A stretch of DNA of 64,000 nt from a virus, in the IMG/VR virus record IMGVR_UViG_3300021090_000723, positions 40,904 through 104,903 of that record; one strand, 5' to 3'. The notes beneath the pieces were generated by a model, which made no database searches, had not been told where the DNA came from, and saw nothing but the letters and a program-made list of their open reading frames with translations. The translations under genes were made by a program, and so were the position numbers. Shown one piece after another: positions 63,113-64,000 of this stretch (the stretch's first letter is position 1; the number at the start of each line of letters is the position of its first letter).

Positions 63113-63416
63113 CGGGCGGAGGCTCCACCCCCAGTTCGCGAAGCTCCTGCTCGATGTCGGCCGCGAGCCAGGCGAACATGCGCCGCGCTAGACCGCGATC
63201 GATGGTGGCGATCTCGTGCATCGAGCCGCCGCCGTCCTCGCCCTCGACCATTTCGATGCGGAAGACCTCGTCCGCCTCATCCATGCCGATGGGCGTCAGG
63301 CCGTTCTTCCAGCGCTCCGTGTTGCGGTAGTTCTCGGGCGGGTTGAGGTCGTAGCGGATATCGAGCAGGGCCTCGACCAGGAACGCCGCGCGTGTCGCGT
63401 TCTTCGCGGTCATCAT
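63105..63416 (-). CDS. Hypothetical protein
   Basis: Ends in ELRELGVE. Confidence 0.6.
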   Translation of the reverse strand: MMTAKNATRAAFLVEALLDIRYDLNPPENYRNTERWKNGLTPIGMDEADEVFRIEMVEGEDGGGSMHEIATIDRGLARRMFAWLAADIEQELRELGVEPPPDE

Positions 63417-63520
63417 AGCGTCCCCCCGTTGAGCCAGAGCAGGATGCCGAACCCGAGCATGCCGCCCAGGTACAGGCCACCCACACATTCAGCGATGTAG
63501 ATGCCGAGCATCGGCGCCCC

Positions 63521-63806
63521 TCAGCTGATTCCGACGGCTCTTTCGATAGCAGCCTGTTTGCAGCGCCGCCAGAGCATCGCGTGGCATTTCCACAGAAGAT
63601 GGTTGGTCAGATCGCGCTTGGACCGGCGCTTGGCGCGGAGGTAGGCGCGGCGCAGCAGGCGCGAGACCGGGGACCAATGCTTTCCGCAGATCCACTCGTG
63701 CCCGTCGAACAGCCATTTGGTCGTCCGCCGGCAGTGCGGCACGATGCAGCGCACCCGGTCACTCGCAACAGGGCCCGTAGGTTTTGCCGAGGTCGGTGAC
63801 GCGCCA
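63521..63806 (-). CDS. Cys/His Zn-binding hypothetical protein (start approximate)
   Basis: C.VP.C.RT.....EWICGKHW. Confidence 0.55.
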
Positions 63807-64000
63807 TCCGGCTCGGGTCGCGGCCGAGCGCTGCGCGATGTAGCCGTCCTGGTCGAATACCTGAACTTCGCGGCAGGTCTCACAGGTCATCCTCAGGAAC
63901 GTCGGGCGTGGGCACGGGCCGGTGTCGGCGCCGCCGATCTCAATTCCCACGGCGATACCAGCTGGTGTGGCGCTGAAGTTGGCGCATCAGTTCGCGCGGC

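Noticed and set aside
1-64000. CRISPR array, DGR/retron, integrase, IS element
   Set aside because: I saw no regularly spaced repeats, reverse transcriptase, recombinase or transposase motifs in this window.

Overview
This is a 64-kb segment of a high-GC tailed phage, probably a podovirus-like phage of an alphaproteobacterium (the tRNA-His lacks G-1 and has U72/A73). From left to right it holds: a + strand PRPP-synthetase-like/NAMPT-like pair (NARP1-type NAD+ reconstitution) and a HerA-like ATPase; a - strand lysis cassette; a 5766-aa polyvalent ejection protein (SLT, InPase, LPD1, DarB-like methyltransferase/SNF2 helicase, JAB-like, HExxH, LPD38) with two small genes overprinted in its linkers; further ejection proteins; a 28-tRNA array covering all 20 amino acids; tail, adaptor, capsid, scaffold, GroES and portal genes; and accessory genes (initiator-like tRNA, KTSC, Acb2/Tad1-like sponge, KGG stress protein, SPFH). 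No terminase, integrase or replication genes fall in the window. The main finding is that the tRNA array is organised as four blocks, each associated with an unannotated 13-25 codon leader ORF. Each leader contains codons for every amino acid whose tRNA lies in its block, is punctuated by rare CGA codons, and ends in a hairpin at its stop codon. This looks like an attenuator-like system that senses tRNA depletion and switches on the matching replacement tRNAs. Family assignments come from motif recognition by eye, not from database searches.
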